Of a stretch of 56,444 nt of DNA, positions 18,547-28,724 are shown piece by piece. Source of the DNA: a virus (Duplodnaviria; Caudoviricetes); the IMG/VR virus record IMGVR_UViG_3300045557_000058, positions 1 to 56,444 of that record; one strand, 5' to 3'. A model generated the notes under the pieces. The model was given only the letters and a program-made list of their open reading frames with translations, was not told the origin of the DNA and did no database searches. Each line of letters starts with the position of its first letter. The first letter of the stretch is position 1. The translations under genes were made by a program, and so were the position numbers.

Positions 18547-20270
18547 TACACAGCACCCCGCATTTCAAAGTTCACGACAATTCCATACACTTTTACAGGC
18601 TGATCTGCCTTGTCATTGGAAAGCCGAAGTGCGAAGAAACGTCCGGTAACATCGCAATCGACCCACGGCGGCGTTGTTCGTGAAAGTGACATATATCTTG
18701 TTTGCTGCCATACAACCGGCTCATCGACGTTATCCGCGGTGCCTATTTCCACTTTCATGGAATAGTCACCCTCCCTGGATACCATGAACTGAATCCGCGT
18801 TATCCGTTTTAATAACGTCGGATCGTCAAGATCAATTAGTCCGCTTTCGACACTAAAGGCGATATCTCCGCCGTCCTTTGAGTGGCCGCCAAACACATAA
18901 ATGTATCCGTTATGATCGCCGCAAAGGTTCGTCGGTGCATTTTGCAAGTCGCGCGAATCGTCCCATGTAGTCTCGTCTGAATCCCATGTTTCTTCGTCGT
19001 TGTCCCAGCTGTCGTCGGTGTTCTTTTCCCAATACCCAAAACCTGACATTGGCAGCTCTCGGATTGACCATGCTTTTGTGTCGGTATTATAGATGAGCGC
19101 CATATCGTTTGTGTGATCGACAGAGTTGATCGACGTGAACCCGAAGTATAGAAGCGTCGTTTCTTCCATGAAAAAGTTTGTGATATTGTCGGTGTAACCT
19201 GGATCAAGCAGCCGGAAAAACTCTTTTGCGATATCGTCGCCGGCGATTTTCGGCTCCATGAGATCAAAGGAATAAACATTGTCCGGGCCGATAAAGATAT
19301 GCTCATCACCGAGGTTACATAGACCGCCCGGGGCGAGAAGCCCGATGCCGGTGATCGACGGACGCTGCTGAAACACTTCATCGCCGCCAACATAGGAAAA
19401 AATGTTGATGGAACGCTCTTTATAGATAACCAAATAGTTTCCGAGCATGGCCCCGCCCTGAATCCAGTCAACGCCATCTGACAGGTTGACATATCCAGCC
19501 TGTCCGGATCCGTCCGTGTTGTTTTTCCACACGAACGGTTCACGCCACTTTGTCCACCGGACCCGCTGCGGGAAATGTGTCCCGTCCTCATAAATCCCGC
19601 CAACAATCAGGAATCCAGCAAAATTTACAACCATTCTGCACCGGGTTATGCCGCTGCCGCCGTTTTCGAGTCCTGCAAATCCGAGAAATTCCCATACAAC
19701 AGTCCCGTCCGTGACAGTTCCGTTGCTTGTTGGAAACGTCGGTTTGACTGTGCCTGTTGCCCCAGCCGTGGTGCAAATATAGTTGTATCCTTCGTTTGAA
19801 ACAACGTCCCATTTTATTTTTGCTGTGTTTGCCGTCCATTCATCGCCGGTCCTTGACCCAGGCATCGTAACGACGCTTCCGAACCCCGGCCATACTTTCA
19901 GGTAGTCTTGCTGATTTGTGAAAACGTACATATCTTGGATGGTATCGGCGATGATCGGAGATTCTATGTTTCCAGTCAGATCACTATCGGTAATTTTGAT
20001 TGGCGCAGTATCGCCATTGGTGTACTTGTACACGCTTTTTGGAGTATGCAGCATCATATATGAGTCGTCCGTCGTTGTGAAAAAGTTATCGATATGATAC
20101 ACAGCCCCGTCGAGAGGATCAGCGAATAGCTTTCTCCACCCGCCGACCTTCTCTAAGTATCCCTGGACAAACTGCACATTAATCCCGTTTCGCCACTGAG
20201 AAGTAGGCAATTGATAGGCAGGGATTTTGTAGTTTAATCCCTTGTCAATTGGCGATAAATCCTTTCGCAT
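18546..20270 (-). CDS. Tail nozzle/tubular protein B-like (beta-rich)
   Basis: Start refined to ATG 20270 (MRKDLSP), ~574 aa; beta-propeller-like pattern; podoviral position. Confidence 0.65.
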   Translation of the reverse strand: MRKDLSPIDKGLNYKIPAYQLPTSQWRNGINVQFVQGYLEKVGGWRKLFADPLDGAVYHIDNFFTTTDDSYMMLHTPKSVYKYTNGDTAPIKITDSDLTGNIESPIIADTIQDMYVFTNQQDYLKVWPGFGSVVTMPGSRTGDEWTANTAKIKWDVVSNEGYNYICTTAGATGTVKPTFPTSNGTVTDGTVVWEFLGFAGLENGGSGITRCRMVVNFAGFLIVGGIYEDGTHFPQRVRWTKWREPFVWKNNTDGSGQAGYVNLSDGVDWIQGGAMLGNYLVIYKERSINIFSYVGGDEVFQQRPSITGIGLLAPGGLCNLGDEHIFIGPDNVYSFDLMEPKIAGDDIAKEFFRLLDPGYTDNITNFFMEETTLLYFGFTSINSVDHTNDMALIYNTDTKAWSIRELPMSGFGYWEKNTDDSWDNDEETWDSDETTWDDSRDLQNAPTNLCGDHNGYIYVFGGHSKDGGDIAFSVESGLIDLDDPTLLKRITRIQFMVSREGDYSMKVEIGTADNVDEPVVWQQTRYMSLSRTTPPWVDCDVTGRFFALRLSNDKADQPVKVYGIVVNFEMRGAV

Positions 20271-20274
20271 GGGA

Positions 20275-20949
20275 TCACCCCGTTCGCATGATGTAGCAAA
20301 TTGCGTAGTACGGAGGCATGTTGTTGTGGGCGACGCCGCCGCCAGTGTTTCCAGTGGTAGTTCCACCGTCTGGAATGTAGTTGTCGTAATCCTCATTGTC
20401 TCCGTGTTCAGGGATGGTAGCTGTCAACGAGGCCGAAGTCGCATGCGCATGACTCGGAATTTCATCAACAGTCAGCGTATGTGTTGCCGCACCACCGGTA
20501 GCACCTACGGCATAGCTTCCACCTGCTCCAAGAACAAACTTCCCTCGCAGGTCCGGGGTACTATTGTCTCCGTCGCATAGCTTCCACCCTGCAGGAATTG
20601 CGTTCGCCGCGCCGGACCACATAGTAATGATGCCGACAGGAATAGCAGCGGTGATTAACGCCTGTATCACGGAATTTTTGATGCACGGTAGCCAGGTTGT
20701 CGTGGCAAGATCGTAATACTCTTCAATACCGAGAGTATCATTGAAACCGGAAAGCCTATCGACCAGCCCGGACGTTGGCCGTGTGTCTGTTGTCCAGACA
20801 GCCTTGCGCAGCGTTGGCGACGTGGGATAGTGGCAAATTTCTTTCAAAATGTTGATAATCTGCGTTTTCAGCTCACGAATTGCATCATCGCCAAATTTCT
20901 TTTTCGTATTGCCGGCAGGTGTTTCAGGGTCTATTTGATCGAACGCCAT
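20275..20949 (-). CDS. Tail collar-domain/short fibre protein
   Basis: IPVGII...IPAGWKLCDG...TPDLRGKF...HTLTVDEIPSHAH...HNNMPPYYAICYIMR. Confidence 0.8.
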   Translation of the reverse strand: MAFDQIDPETPAGNTKKKFGDDAIRELKTQIINILKEICHYPTSPTLRKAVWTTDTRPTSGLVDRLSGFNDTLGIEEYYDLATTTWLPCIKNSVIQALITAAIPVGIITMWSGAANAIPAGWKLCDGDNSTPDLRGKFVLGAGGSYAVGATGGAATHTLTVDEIPSHAHATSASLTATIPEHGDNEDYDNYIPDGGTTTGNTGGGVAHNNMPPYYAICYIMRTG

Positions 20950-20962
20950 TTAAAACGCCCCC

Positions 20963-21292
20963 TTATTCAATGCGATGAATGTACACGTCATAGGTGTGCG
21001 CCGCGCCGCCATCGCCATTAGTAATCGCAAAGCTGCACACATCGGCCTTACACTCGATAATTGCGGAAACGACATTCCCCTGCGACGCTGACGGAATGAC
21101 AACTTCTTGCATGCTGGCAACGCCGGTTGCAATGTCAGGAGCAAAATTCACTTTTACGCCATAGGTATGCGTCGCATTTGGAACTACCAAAAGGGAAAAC
21201 TTTCTGCACGGTTCAAGATCGACTTCCTTAGTGTTTGCCGTCTGTGACGCAGCAACGGATTTGTCGTTTTCAACCTGGAATCTTGCTAACAT
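20963..21292 (-). CDS. Hypothetical beta-rich virion protein
   Basis: 109 aa ORF with SD GGGGGTG, in tail module. Confidence 0.6.
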   Translation of the reverse strand: MLARFQVENDKSVAASQTANTKEVDLEPCRKFSLLVVPNATHTYGVKVNFAPDIATGVASMQEVVIPSASQGNVVSAIIECKADVCSFAITNGDGGAAHTYDVYIHRIE

Positions 21293-21321
21293 TTTTTACA
21301 CCCCCAAATATAATGGGAGGC

Positions 21322-21822
21322 TTACGCCTCCCACTTCACTAATTTAACCGATTCGATTGTCGCATCCGTCTTGTATATTTCTTCCCTATAAACCCTCGCC
21401 TTTGCATGCAAGATCCCTTTTCGAACAATACCTGCTTGCAGCGGAAACGCCAGCAATTCTGCTTGTGTCAGCGTCTTGGTTGTGTTGTTATACAATGTCC
21501 ACTCTACGTCGGGAAACGGAACATTGAGCGTCTTTGCAGACTGTGCAGCAATAACTGCATCAGAGAGATTTTTCTGCCCCTTTTCGTCGAAATCAAAAAG
21601 GGCACCGAGATATTCGATCGGGGAATTAATCGCGGATTCTCGTGATGCTTTAATTTCTTCCCATTTCGCGTCTTGAATCTCTGATAAAATTACTGGCAGT
21701 TCATAATCATTCGCAACCTGTTTCCAATCCGCGTATTGTGCCAGCACTTCATCGGTAACGATAGTACCGGGCGGCCAAGGCGGAAAGGATTGTTTTTGCC
21801 GAAGTATATCGTTTGCCCACAT
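21322..21822 (-). CDS. DUF4376-like tail fibre-associated protein
   Basis: KWEEIKASRE...FDFDEKGQKNL...WTLYNN pattern; follows fibre gene. Confidence 0.65.
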   Translation of the reverse strand: MWANDILRQKQSFPPWPPGTIVTDEVLAQYADWKQVANDYELPVILSEIQDAKWEEIKASRESAINSPIEYLGALFDFDEKGQKNLSDAVIAAQSAKTLNVPFPDVEWTLYNNTTKTLTQAELLAFPLQAGIVRKGILHAKARVYREEIYKTDATIESVKLVKWEA

Positions 21823-24629
21823 TATTCAAATACCTCCACATAAGCGCCGAGATAACCGGACGTTTGCCATGCGCCCAAAAAGTAGACGCCAGATACGACG
21901 GCAATGCGAATCATAGAACTAGGGAATGGTCTGGGTGATACGCCGTTTGTCCCATTATCGAATTGGATTATCGGACATTCATTCCTTTCGTTTGGAGTTT
22001 GAATGAACGAGAACCGGGCGGATAACTTGTTGCTGGCAAACGGGTTCGACCAGTCAATTGTTGGGTTTGATGCGAAGTATTTCCACCCAAGAAACTTCTT
22101 TCTATTCAAAAGTCCCATCGGGCCGATTCGCATTCCGAATGCCCAATCCGGCATTGCGCCAGAAGGTTCGTTCGGGTGAATCAGTTTCTTGATTGCCGTA
22201 GAAGAAGTTTCGATGTACGCAACGACGACTGACTCCAATTTGTTCGGGAGCGAGTCTCGAATATCAGAATCAGAACCATCGTCTTTTTCGTACATTTTGA
22301 TTTCCGCAATCGCCACATTCCCGCCAGAATACCACGAATTTATGATAAAAAGTCGCCAGTACCGATGCGGCGCAACTTCCTGCGGGATAACAAAGATATC
22401 GTTGTTGGCGGAATTGCTATGCCGGAAGACTCCTGCGGTAACAAACGTCGAATCATCGTCCGAATATTGGATTTCAAAGTCTTTTAAATAGTAGTCGCTG
22501 CCGCCGTACATTCCGGTCATGTCGATTGCAAATGCTTTTACTGCCTTTTCATTCCCTGCGCCGAAGTCATATTTCCACCAGTTCGGTTTCGCGGCAGACG
22601 AGTTGGCGTACCAGCAGGTTCCAGTATTCCCATCGACTGCAAGGTTTGCGGTGTACGTCGAGTTTACCGAATCGGCGGACGCATTGCTCCCAGTCAAAGT
22701 CAAAGGCGAAGTCTTGTAGGACTGTTTTCCTTTATGGGGAATCAATGACTTCTGCATGAGGGCAACAAGTTGCGCCGGGGTTCTGACAGTATCGCGAATT
22801 TCAATGTAATCGATAACCGATGTAGACCCTACGCCACTTGCACACCATCCCAAGTTCAGCGCTGAGAATGCGTTCCATGTCGCAGAATAAGAGACAGACA
22901 GAGAGTAAACTTCTGCCCCATCGATTCGCAGTCGAATGTTCGACCCATCGAATACAAAGGATACATTATATTTCTTTCCATATTCAGGAATGAAACTGGT
23001 GTCATAGTCGGATGAATTGACGGTCATTGCGAACGCTTTGTTGGTCGCACTACCCAACCACGACAACCCGAAAAGTGTTCCGCCAGATACACTGCCACCG
23101 AACAGTCTGGTCGTTGTACTGACATTCAAATCGGAGAATGTAAACTGGACAGTAATTTCTCTTTGGTTTGCTCCGGTCGGGAAGTTGGTAAGGTTACTTA
23201 CACTCAACCCGGCAGACGCATTGCCTTTACATGCGTACCCGGCATGTCCATCGACCCGCGTAAGACCACTGCCAATGTTCAGGTTGTTTGTGACGGCCTT
23301 AGTGTTGCCATTTACGCCAATCGCGCCGTTGGGAATCGCGGAAGTACCATCCCAGTTTGCAAAAGGCCAAAAAGCAATCGTTGTCGTATCAACGATATCT
23401 GCGGCGGTTATCTTGGGGACTACCTTGTCGTAAGTGCCATCTTCCTTCTTGTATACCAATTGGGCAGAACGAGCATTTAGCGCGATTGCCTCTTGCACTG
23501 TGTTAGATACTTCTTTTTCGGCAATAACGCATCGATTCGGGTCAATAAGCGCCTGTAATCCACTGCCCGACAAAACCTTGAACGGACTTACAATATAGTT
23601 TTCTGTGCCGATTAAAGCGCCGCTAGATTCGGTTGGCAATATCCAGATTCTTACTCCGTCTGCGGTTGATGAAAGCAGCATTCCATCACTGTCCGGATTG
23701 CCGAGCGAGTCCTCTTTTTGATTTATTGCGGTCTGTTGCGCCGTTGATACCGGTTTTGCAGTATCAGCCGTGTTGTCGACGTTGCCAAGTCCGATATCGT
23801 TCTTTGTGACTCCGTGCGGGTTTCCGGGTGTCGTGATATGAGCCTGAATATTGGTATTGGCGGGCTCGGCTCCGACTTGCGCAGCCGTAGTTCCGTGAGG
23901 ATTTTCGGTTGAACCGATATGCGACTGAATATTGGCGTTTTTAGGTTCGTATAGAGCGTCGTGATTGTGCTCTGACGGTGTTAAATCCGGTTTGTTTTTA
24001 ATCATGGCCGGACCTTCGGTTGCGTTCCAATCAGCCTGCACATTCACCTGCGCCCCGGGCTCAATTCCGTCAAGTTTTTCTTTATCGTCAGCGGACATGA
24101 ATCCATCTTCCGGCAGGTCCGTTATGCCGGCCCAGGGAACAGCGTCAGCAACCTTTGCCCGATCAACAATACCGTCGCCGTCAGTATCGTAGACGTCCTT
24201 TCTCATATCGCCGCTACCGAGAGCAATCCCATTGGCATCTGTCAGCGACACAACAATATCAATATCCTTCGATCCGTTGAACATGGCAGAGCCGGACGCT
24301 GCACCGGTAAGGCGAATACGACGGGCGTTTAGGAGTGCTTTTGCTGTGTCGGCCGTACCGGTCAGATCACTCTTCACCCGTCCGTCACCAGTACGCTTGA
24401 CGATTTTTGACGCTTCAACCTCGACAGACACGTCAGAAGTTTTTAAAAGCGACTGTTCTAGCTGCGTAAGCCTGCCGTCAAGATTGACGTTTGTCGAAAT
24501 GGCAACAGCAACGCCATTTTCCGAACCAATATAAAGAATACCGCCGTCAACGTCCATTACCGGCTCGCGGGGGAGTATGTTTTCAGGCTTGCCGTGGCAG
24601 CCGCGAAGCTCTAATCTGTCTCTTCTCAT
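21822..24629 (-). CDS. Tail fibre/receptor-binding protein with LamG/ConA-like and discoidin (F5/8C)-like domains
   Basis: 935 aa; GDMRKDVYDTDGDGIVD, NPHG..VG repeats, GLGNVDNT; AVDGN...W...WWKYDFG...FEIQYSDD...RYWRL discoidin motif. Confidence 0.85.
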   Translation of the reverse strand: MRRDRLELRGCHGKPENILPREPVMDVDGGILYIGSENGVAVAISTNVNLDGRLTQLEQSLLKTSDVSVEVEASKIVKRTGDGRVKSDLTGTADTAKALLNARRIRLTGAASGSAMFNGSKDIDIVVSLTDANGIALGSGDMRKDVYDTDGDGIVDRAKVADAVPWAGITDLPEDGFMSADDKEKLDGIEPGAQVNVQADWNATEGPAMIKNKPDLTPSEHNHDALYEPKNANIQSHIGSTENPHGTTAAQVGAEPANTNIQAHITTPGNPHGVTKNDIGLGNVDNTADTAKPVSTAQQTAINQKEDSLGNPDSDGMLLSSTADGVRIWILPTESSGALIGTENYIVSPFKVLSGSGLQALIDPNRCVIAEKEVSNTVQEAIALNARSAQLVYKKEDGTYDKVVPKITAADIVDTTTIAFWPFANWDGTSAIPNGAIGVNGNTKAVTNNLNIGSGLTRVDGHAGYACKGNASAGLSVSNLTNFPTGANQREITVQFTFSDLNVSTTTRLFGGSVSGGTLFGLSWLGSATNKAFAMTVNSSDYDTSFIPEYGKKYNVSFVFDGSNIRLRIDGAEVYSLSVSYSATWNAFSALNLGWCASGVGSTSVIDYIEIRDTVRTPAQLVALMQKSLIPHKGKQSYKTSPLTLTGSNASADSVNSTYTANLAVDGNTGTCWYANSSAAKPNWWKYDFGAGNEKAVKAFAIDMTGMYGGSDYYLKDFEIQYSDDDSTFVTAGVFRHSNSANNDIFVIPQEVAPHRYWRLFIINSWYSGGNVAIAEIKMYEKDDGSDSDIRDSLPNKLESVVVAYIETSSTAIKKLIHPNEPSGAMPDWAFGMRIGPMGLLNRKKFLGWKYFASNPTIDWSNPFASNKLSARFSFIQTPNERNECPIIQFDNGTNGVSPRPFPSSMIRIAVVSGVYFLGAWQTSGYLGAYVEVFE

Positions 24630-24632
24630 AGC

Positions 24633-25334
24633 TCATCCGTCCCATACACCGTAATCATTGCGGAACGTGCCTGCAATCGTAGTGCGTTTTTTCGGGTTTA
24701 CGCCAAGATTGCCCAGCGGATCGCGTCGCAGCATATCAACAGCAGTTACATTCTGGCCGACAATTCCGGAAAGCCATTTACCGAGAATATACCGGCCTTT
24801 TTGCAGCCAGTATTGGCCGCGCTGTTCTTCTTGCAGGAAGTCCAGATATTCTGCTGCGCCAATATAGGCAAGTGCAAGCGGGATTTCTGTCGAAAACAGG
24901 TTTGTCGATGCTATTGAATCCTGCAAATCGTCCGGCCAAAACTCACCGATCACGGTGATCTTGTCGGTATTACCAGGCGGACTTGGGATTATCCGCAGGG
25001 ATTGGTTTTCCCAGACGTAATGAACCGGTACGCCAACAGCAGTTAATGAATCGTAAAGTGAATTTGCCTCAATGATCGAGTACAGCTTTTCAAGCGTCTG
25101 CTTGTTTTCTTCTCCGTTCCAGATCACAGTCTTAACATTTTTCAGGCTGGGAATCGCGATAAGGTTGGCGGCGTCCATTTCCCTGCTTTCAGAAAACCGC
25201 GTCAGTGTGATATCTTGTAATTCGGTTTTGATGCCTTGATTTATGTAAAAAAGAAGTTGCTCGCGGTCAGTGTCGGTGCGCGATATGACAAAGGCAGCCC
25301 GATCAATCAAGTTCTTTCCGTCCAACTTAATCAC
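24633..25334 (-). CDS. Head-tail adaptor / tail tubular protein A-like
   Basis: GVPVHY...LRIIPSP...LAYIGAAEY pattern of podoviral adaptor proteins; position after head genes. Confidence 0.65.
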   Translation of the reverse strand: MIKLDGKNLIDRAAFVISRTDTDREQLLFYINQGIKTELQDITLTRFSESREMDAANLIAIPSLKNVKTVIWNGEENKQTLEKLYSIIEANSLYDSLTAVGVPVHYVWENQSLRIIPSPPGNTDKITVIGEFWPDDLQDSIASTNLFSTEIPLALAYIGAAEYLDFLQEEQRGQYWLQKGRYILGKWLSGIVGQNVTAVDMLRRDPLGNLGVNPKKRTTIAGTFRNDYGVWDG

Positions 25335-25340
25335 TCCTGT

Positions 25341-25375
25341 AAAAAAAGGGTGAGCACAATCGGCCCACCCTTTTT
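25341..25375 (-). terminator. Intrinsic terminator after head genes
   Basis: Minus strand GGGTGGGC-loop-GCTCACCC followed by T7. Confidence 0.8.
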
Positions 25376-25458
25376 CGTGTCTTTAGCTATAAAATTACCT
25401 ACCGCTTACGTCGATTACGCATAACCAGCACCCCCTTTAATGGTGCACGCCGACCGTT

Positions 25459-26253
25459 TTACTCAAATGCTTGATCGAGGCTTACAAGAAGTTGCAATAC
25501 CATCGACGGAGGATTGGCTGCCCCCGCATTGGTAACGTCTAGTTTCAACGAACCGCCGGCAGCAATCTTTTTGTACGTTTCACTCAACGCACCGAGCGAC
25601 AATGCTGAACCTGCCGCCGGATAATTGGTGTCGTTCATTTCTTTTGATACGATCGTATCGGTTCCGTTTTTCAGCACGATCGTTGTTGATGTTTGCGCTA
25701 CGCCAGCCGTTGTGTTGGCAGACGTGGCTGCTGTGGTTAATCCGGCGCACGTTCCATTGTCAATGGAAACATTCAAGGTTGCATCGTTGGCCGCCTTGAT
25801 TTTGCGCGTCAGAACGACAGTAGCCGCGGCCCCGCCGACAGTGAACATTGCCGCTACCGCTGTGTCTGCAGCCAAAGCAGCTCTGATTTTACCAGCAACA
25901 GCAGAAGCGTCGTCGCTTAAGGCAACCGCTACAGGGATTGTTTTTGGCGTTCCGGTCATGCCTGCAGCCGTTACAACGACAGAAGCATTTCCGGCGGTAG
26001 ATACAGTGCCTACGACGGTTGCTGTTTCTACCTGGGCCGTTCCAGCGCCAGAATAATCACTTAGAAGGTTGATCTTTGCGTCAAGAACATCCATCTCATA
26101 TCCTGTCGGAATATGAGCCAATAGGCGGGCGGAAATATCAGCGTCGGCTGATAAGTCCTCGATAGGGAAAAAATACAGTTGCGGCGCAATGCCTTTTCCG
26201 GTGAAATTTTGAGCAACCGCAGACTGCCCAACGCCATAATTTTCAGGAAACAT
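25459..26253 (-). CDS. Putative capsid decoration/structural protein
   Basis: 264 aa A/T/V/G-rich beta protein in head operon, before terminator. Confidence 0.55.
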   Translation of the reverse strand: MFPENYGVGQSAVAQNFTGKGIAPQLYFFPIEDLSADADISARLLAHIPTGYEMDVLDAKINLLSDYSGAGTAQVETATVVGTVSTAGNASVVVTAAGMTGTPKTIPVAVALSDDASAVAGKIRAALAADTAVAAMFTVGGAAATVVLTRKIKAANDATLNVSIDNGTCAGLTTAATSANTTAGVAQTSTTIVLKNGTDTIVSKEMNDTNYPAAGSALSLGALSETYKKIAAGGSLKLDVTNAGAANPPSMVLQLLVSLDQAFE

Positions 26254-26271
26254 GATGTGAGCCCTCCTTTG

Positions 26272-26595
26272 TTAGACTTGACCGAGTGAAGTCCTGTAAA
26301 GCGGATTAGTGTTAAAGAATAGCTTGTAGCAACGGCTTGCGTATTCTGTGTTGCCACTCATCCCTGCCTGCATGCCTTCGCGAAGTAGTGGGTGCGCAAC
26401 CATGATTGACGGCGTAACTCCACCAATTTCGCGAAGCTGTCTGTCTGGCGTAAACCCTTTGGCGTCCAGGCCGCCTAGTTTGGCATTTTCTTGCCGCTCT
26501 TCATAAAGCTGCGCCAGCAGTGCGGACGGGTCTACCCAATTTGTCATGGTAATGATTCCTTCGGGGCTTATCTCAATCTTTCTATCAACAATCAC
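26272..26595 (-). CDS. Hypothetical head-module protein
   Basis: 107 aa, GTG start with SD GGGAG, directly after capsid gene. Confidence 0.6.
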   Translation of the reverse strand: MIVDRKIEISPEGIITMTNWVDPSALLAQLYEERQENAKLGGLDAKGFTPDRQLREIGGVTPSIMVAHPLLREGMQAGMSGNTEYASRCYKLFFNTNPLYRTSLGQV

Positions 26596-26627
26596 AGGAC
26601 TTCACTCCTACATATTAATGGCTACGA

Positions 26628-27497
26628 CTAGGAAATGCCGGTTACGCAGGCTTGCGCGTCTTTCGAGCGGCATTCCAGCGTAGTTTGCGCGGTAATCAGG
26701 TAGTTGTCCTTGTGGCCCGTTTTGGCCAGCGGCTCCATGTGAGCCGGAATCAGGAACCGCATCTTGAAGTATTGCGGATCCAGAATGTCGACGCGAGCCG
26801 TGCTGATAAGGCGGTGCGGCATCCACTCGACAACACCGGCGTCTGACTCGTAGAACTTGACCGGACCGATGACTTTTTTATCGCCCTGGTCGCGGTTTTT
26901 GTTCGCACCGGCATTGAACGTATTGGCAATACGCTTGTTTTTCATGGCTAGCAATGCAAGAGACGGTTTTCCGCCTTTCTCCCACGCAGCGGCGCAAGCG
27001 TCATTGAACTTGGTTTCGCTGAACACGCTGGAAACGGTATTGTTGACCGTGTTGAAGAACGGAATGCCGCCCATCTTCGGTGCAACACCGTCGGCGCCGA
27101 TATTAGCCGCGTCATGAGTCACGATAGCTTTTTCCATCGACAGCGCCAGCTTTTGCGAATGAATATCGATTTGATACGCCACTTCGTCATTAACGCCGTG
27201 TTTCAGCGTGGCGATTTGAGTATCAGACAGCCAGAACGGGGCGTCAAAGATTTGGACGTAGTTGTCCACTTTACCGCGGGCGTTTACCGGGTTAGTGGTT
27301 ACGTCGGCACCTTCGACGATCGGCGTGGAGTCAGGTACCGGCAGCGAGTCAGTCAAACTCGTTACGGTAGTGCTCTTGGCCGTCTTGTTGCCGAACTTGG
27401 TCAGCATTGGCGTGTCGTCGGGGGAAATGTTGGTGATGATATCGGTAATATCTTCGTACATACCGACAACTTGATAACTTAACGATCCGTCAGCCAT
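26628..27497 (-). CDS. Major capsid protein (SU10/DUF5309-like)
   Basis: EDITDIITNISPDDTP, EGAD, NYVQIF, MGGI, AWEKGG, YESDAG, LAKTG motifs. Confidence 0.88.
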   Translation of the reverse strand: MADGSLSYQVVGMYEDITDIITNISPDDTPMLTKFGNKTAKSTTVTSLTDSLPVPDSTPIVEGADVTTNPVNARGKVDNYVQIFDAPFWLSDTQIATLKHGVNDEVAYQIDIHSQKLALSMEKAIVTHDAANIGADGVAPKMGGIPFFNTVNNTVSSVFSETKFNDACAAAWEKGGKPSLALLAMKNKRIANTFNAGANKNRDQGDKKVIGPVKFYESDAGVVEWMPHRLISTARVDILDPQYFKMRFLIPAHMEPLAKTGHKDNYLITAQTTLECRSKDAQACVTGIS

Positions 27498-27516
27498 GAT
27501 TTTTCACTCCTTAATT

Positions 27517-28674
27517 CTAGCCCCTGCCGCGATTGAATCGCTGCTTCAATAGGGCGATTCGTTCTTCTTGTGGCAAATTGTGTTCTGTTTTTGGCCAGGG
27601 TTTTTGTCCCGGCGTTTCGCTTGGTGTTTGTCTGCCGGTGCCAGGCGGCTGCACTACCGGTACAGCTACAGTCTGGGGTTTGGTGGTAATCCCGAGCTTT
27701 TGCTGTTGGTATTTAGCCTTGCAGAATGTGGCAACCCTCGAAAGTGTCGCCGTGTCTCCACTGGCGACCGCGCTTTCAAACGCTTTGAGCTGCACCCCAT
27801 TTAGGATTTGATGAATCCGGGGGATATCGCGGCCCATGTGATCTTTGCCAACTGATTCAAACGCCCACTGTGCCGTTTCCTCGTATAGAGGATCAGCAGC
27901 TTTTTGCTGCGCTTCCCAGCCAGATAAACGCAATTCGCGTTCCTGCTCCTGCCGCTTTACCGCAGCGTCGGCCTGGTCCTGTTCGCTTTTTACCCGTATC
28001 CCATCATAGAGTGCCATGTTATACACAGTGGCTTGCTCTGGCGATAACGGATCATATTCAAAATCAGGATCCTCTTTGCCGAATGCTTCCTTGACCGCGT
28101 TCATTGCTGCTGTCGTGAGTGATTTCGTATCGACAGCCTTATTTGCGGGAGTCTGCGCGGTTTGCTGCGGTAGAATCGCTTGGACGGACTGGAACATTTG
28201 GTTCAATTGTTCTTCCCGTTGTGCAAGGGTTTGCCGCTGCTGGTTCATTTCGGAGTTTTTGACTTCGTAATCGAACCCTTTCTGCGCCAGATTCCTTACT
28301 TCGGACAAAGGTTTTTGAACCACTTGCCCCCGCCAAGTCAATTCAACCATCGGCTCGTCAGGTTGTGTCTGCGTAGCCTGCTGTGCGGTTTGCTGTGCCG
28401 GCGCGGTTTGAACCGTCGTGCGTGCAGGCGCATTATTCGGAGCTCCCTCTGTTCCTGTCAGTACCACGCGCCCATTTTCAATTTTAAATGACTTGTGCTG
28501 CGACGCATCGCGAATGCGTTCCAAAATTCCCTGTTGCTCTTCATTTGGAGTCAGGTCGGTTTGAATCGCTTCCGTTTGTTGTGTGCTGGCAGGTGCGGCC
28601 TGCGCGGGAGTTGTTTCTGCTGCAGGTTGAGATGTCGATGTGTCCTCAACTGCAAAAATGTCGTCGTTGTCCAT
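27517..28674 (-). CDS. Capsid scaffolding protein
   Basis: Acidic low-complexity N-terminus, EV...QKGFDY..K motif, coiled coil; upstream of capsid gene. Confidence 0.75.
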   Translation of the reverse strand: MDNDDIFAVEDTSTSQPAAETTPAQAAPASTQQTEAIQTDLTPNEEQQGILERIRDASQHKSFKIENGRVVLTGTEGAPNNAPARTTVQTAPAQQTAQQATQTQPDEPMVELTWRGQVVQKPLSEVRNLAQKGFDYEVKNSEMNQQRQTLAQREEQLNQMFQSVQAILPQQTAQTPANKAVDTKSLTTAAMNAVKEAFGKEDPDFEYDPLSPEQATVYNMALYDGIRVKSEQDQADAAVKRQEQERELRLSGWEAQQKAADPLYEETAQWAFESVGKDHMGRDIPRIHQILNGVQLKAFESAVASGDTATLSRVATFCKAKYQQQKLGITTKPQTVAVPVVQPPGTGRQTPSETPGQKPWPKTEHNLPQEERIALLKQRFNRGRG

Positions 28675-28724
28675 CGTTAACCATCCTTTGTGCTAGAGTC
28701 CTTTTCAGGTTGCTCTGCTATCTA

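Noticed and set aside
20271-20396. N-terminal extension of the nozzle ORF as listed in the track
   Set aside because: It overlaps the conserved C-terminus of the collar gene; ATG 20270 follows that gene's stop directly
17890-24629. Diversity-generating retroelement or invertible tail cassette suggested by paralogous tail genes
   Set aside because: No reverse transcriptase or invertase; the paralogs are in the same orientation and differ at all base types, not only adenines
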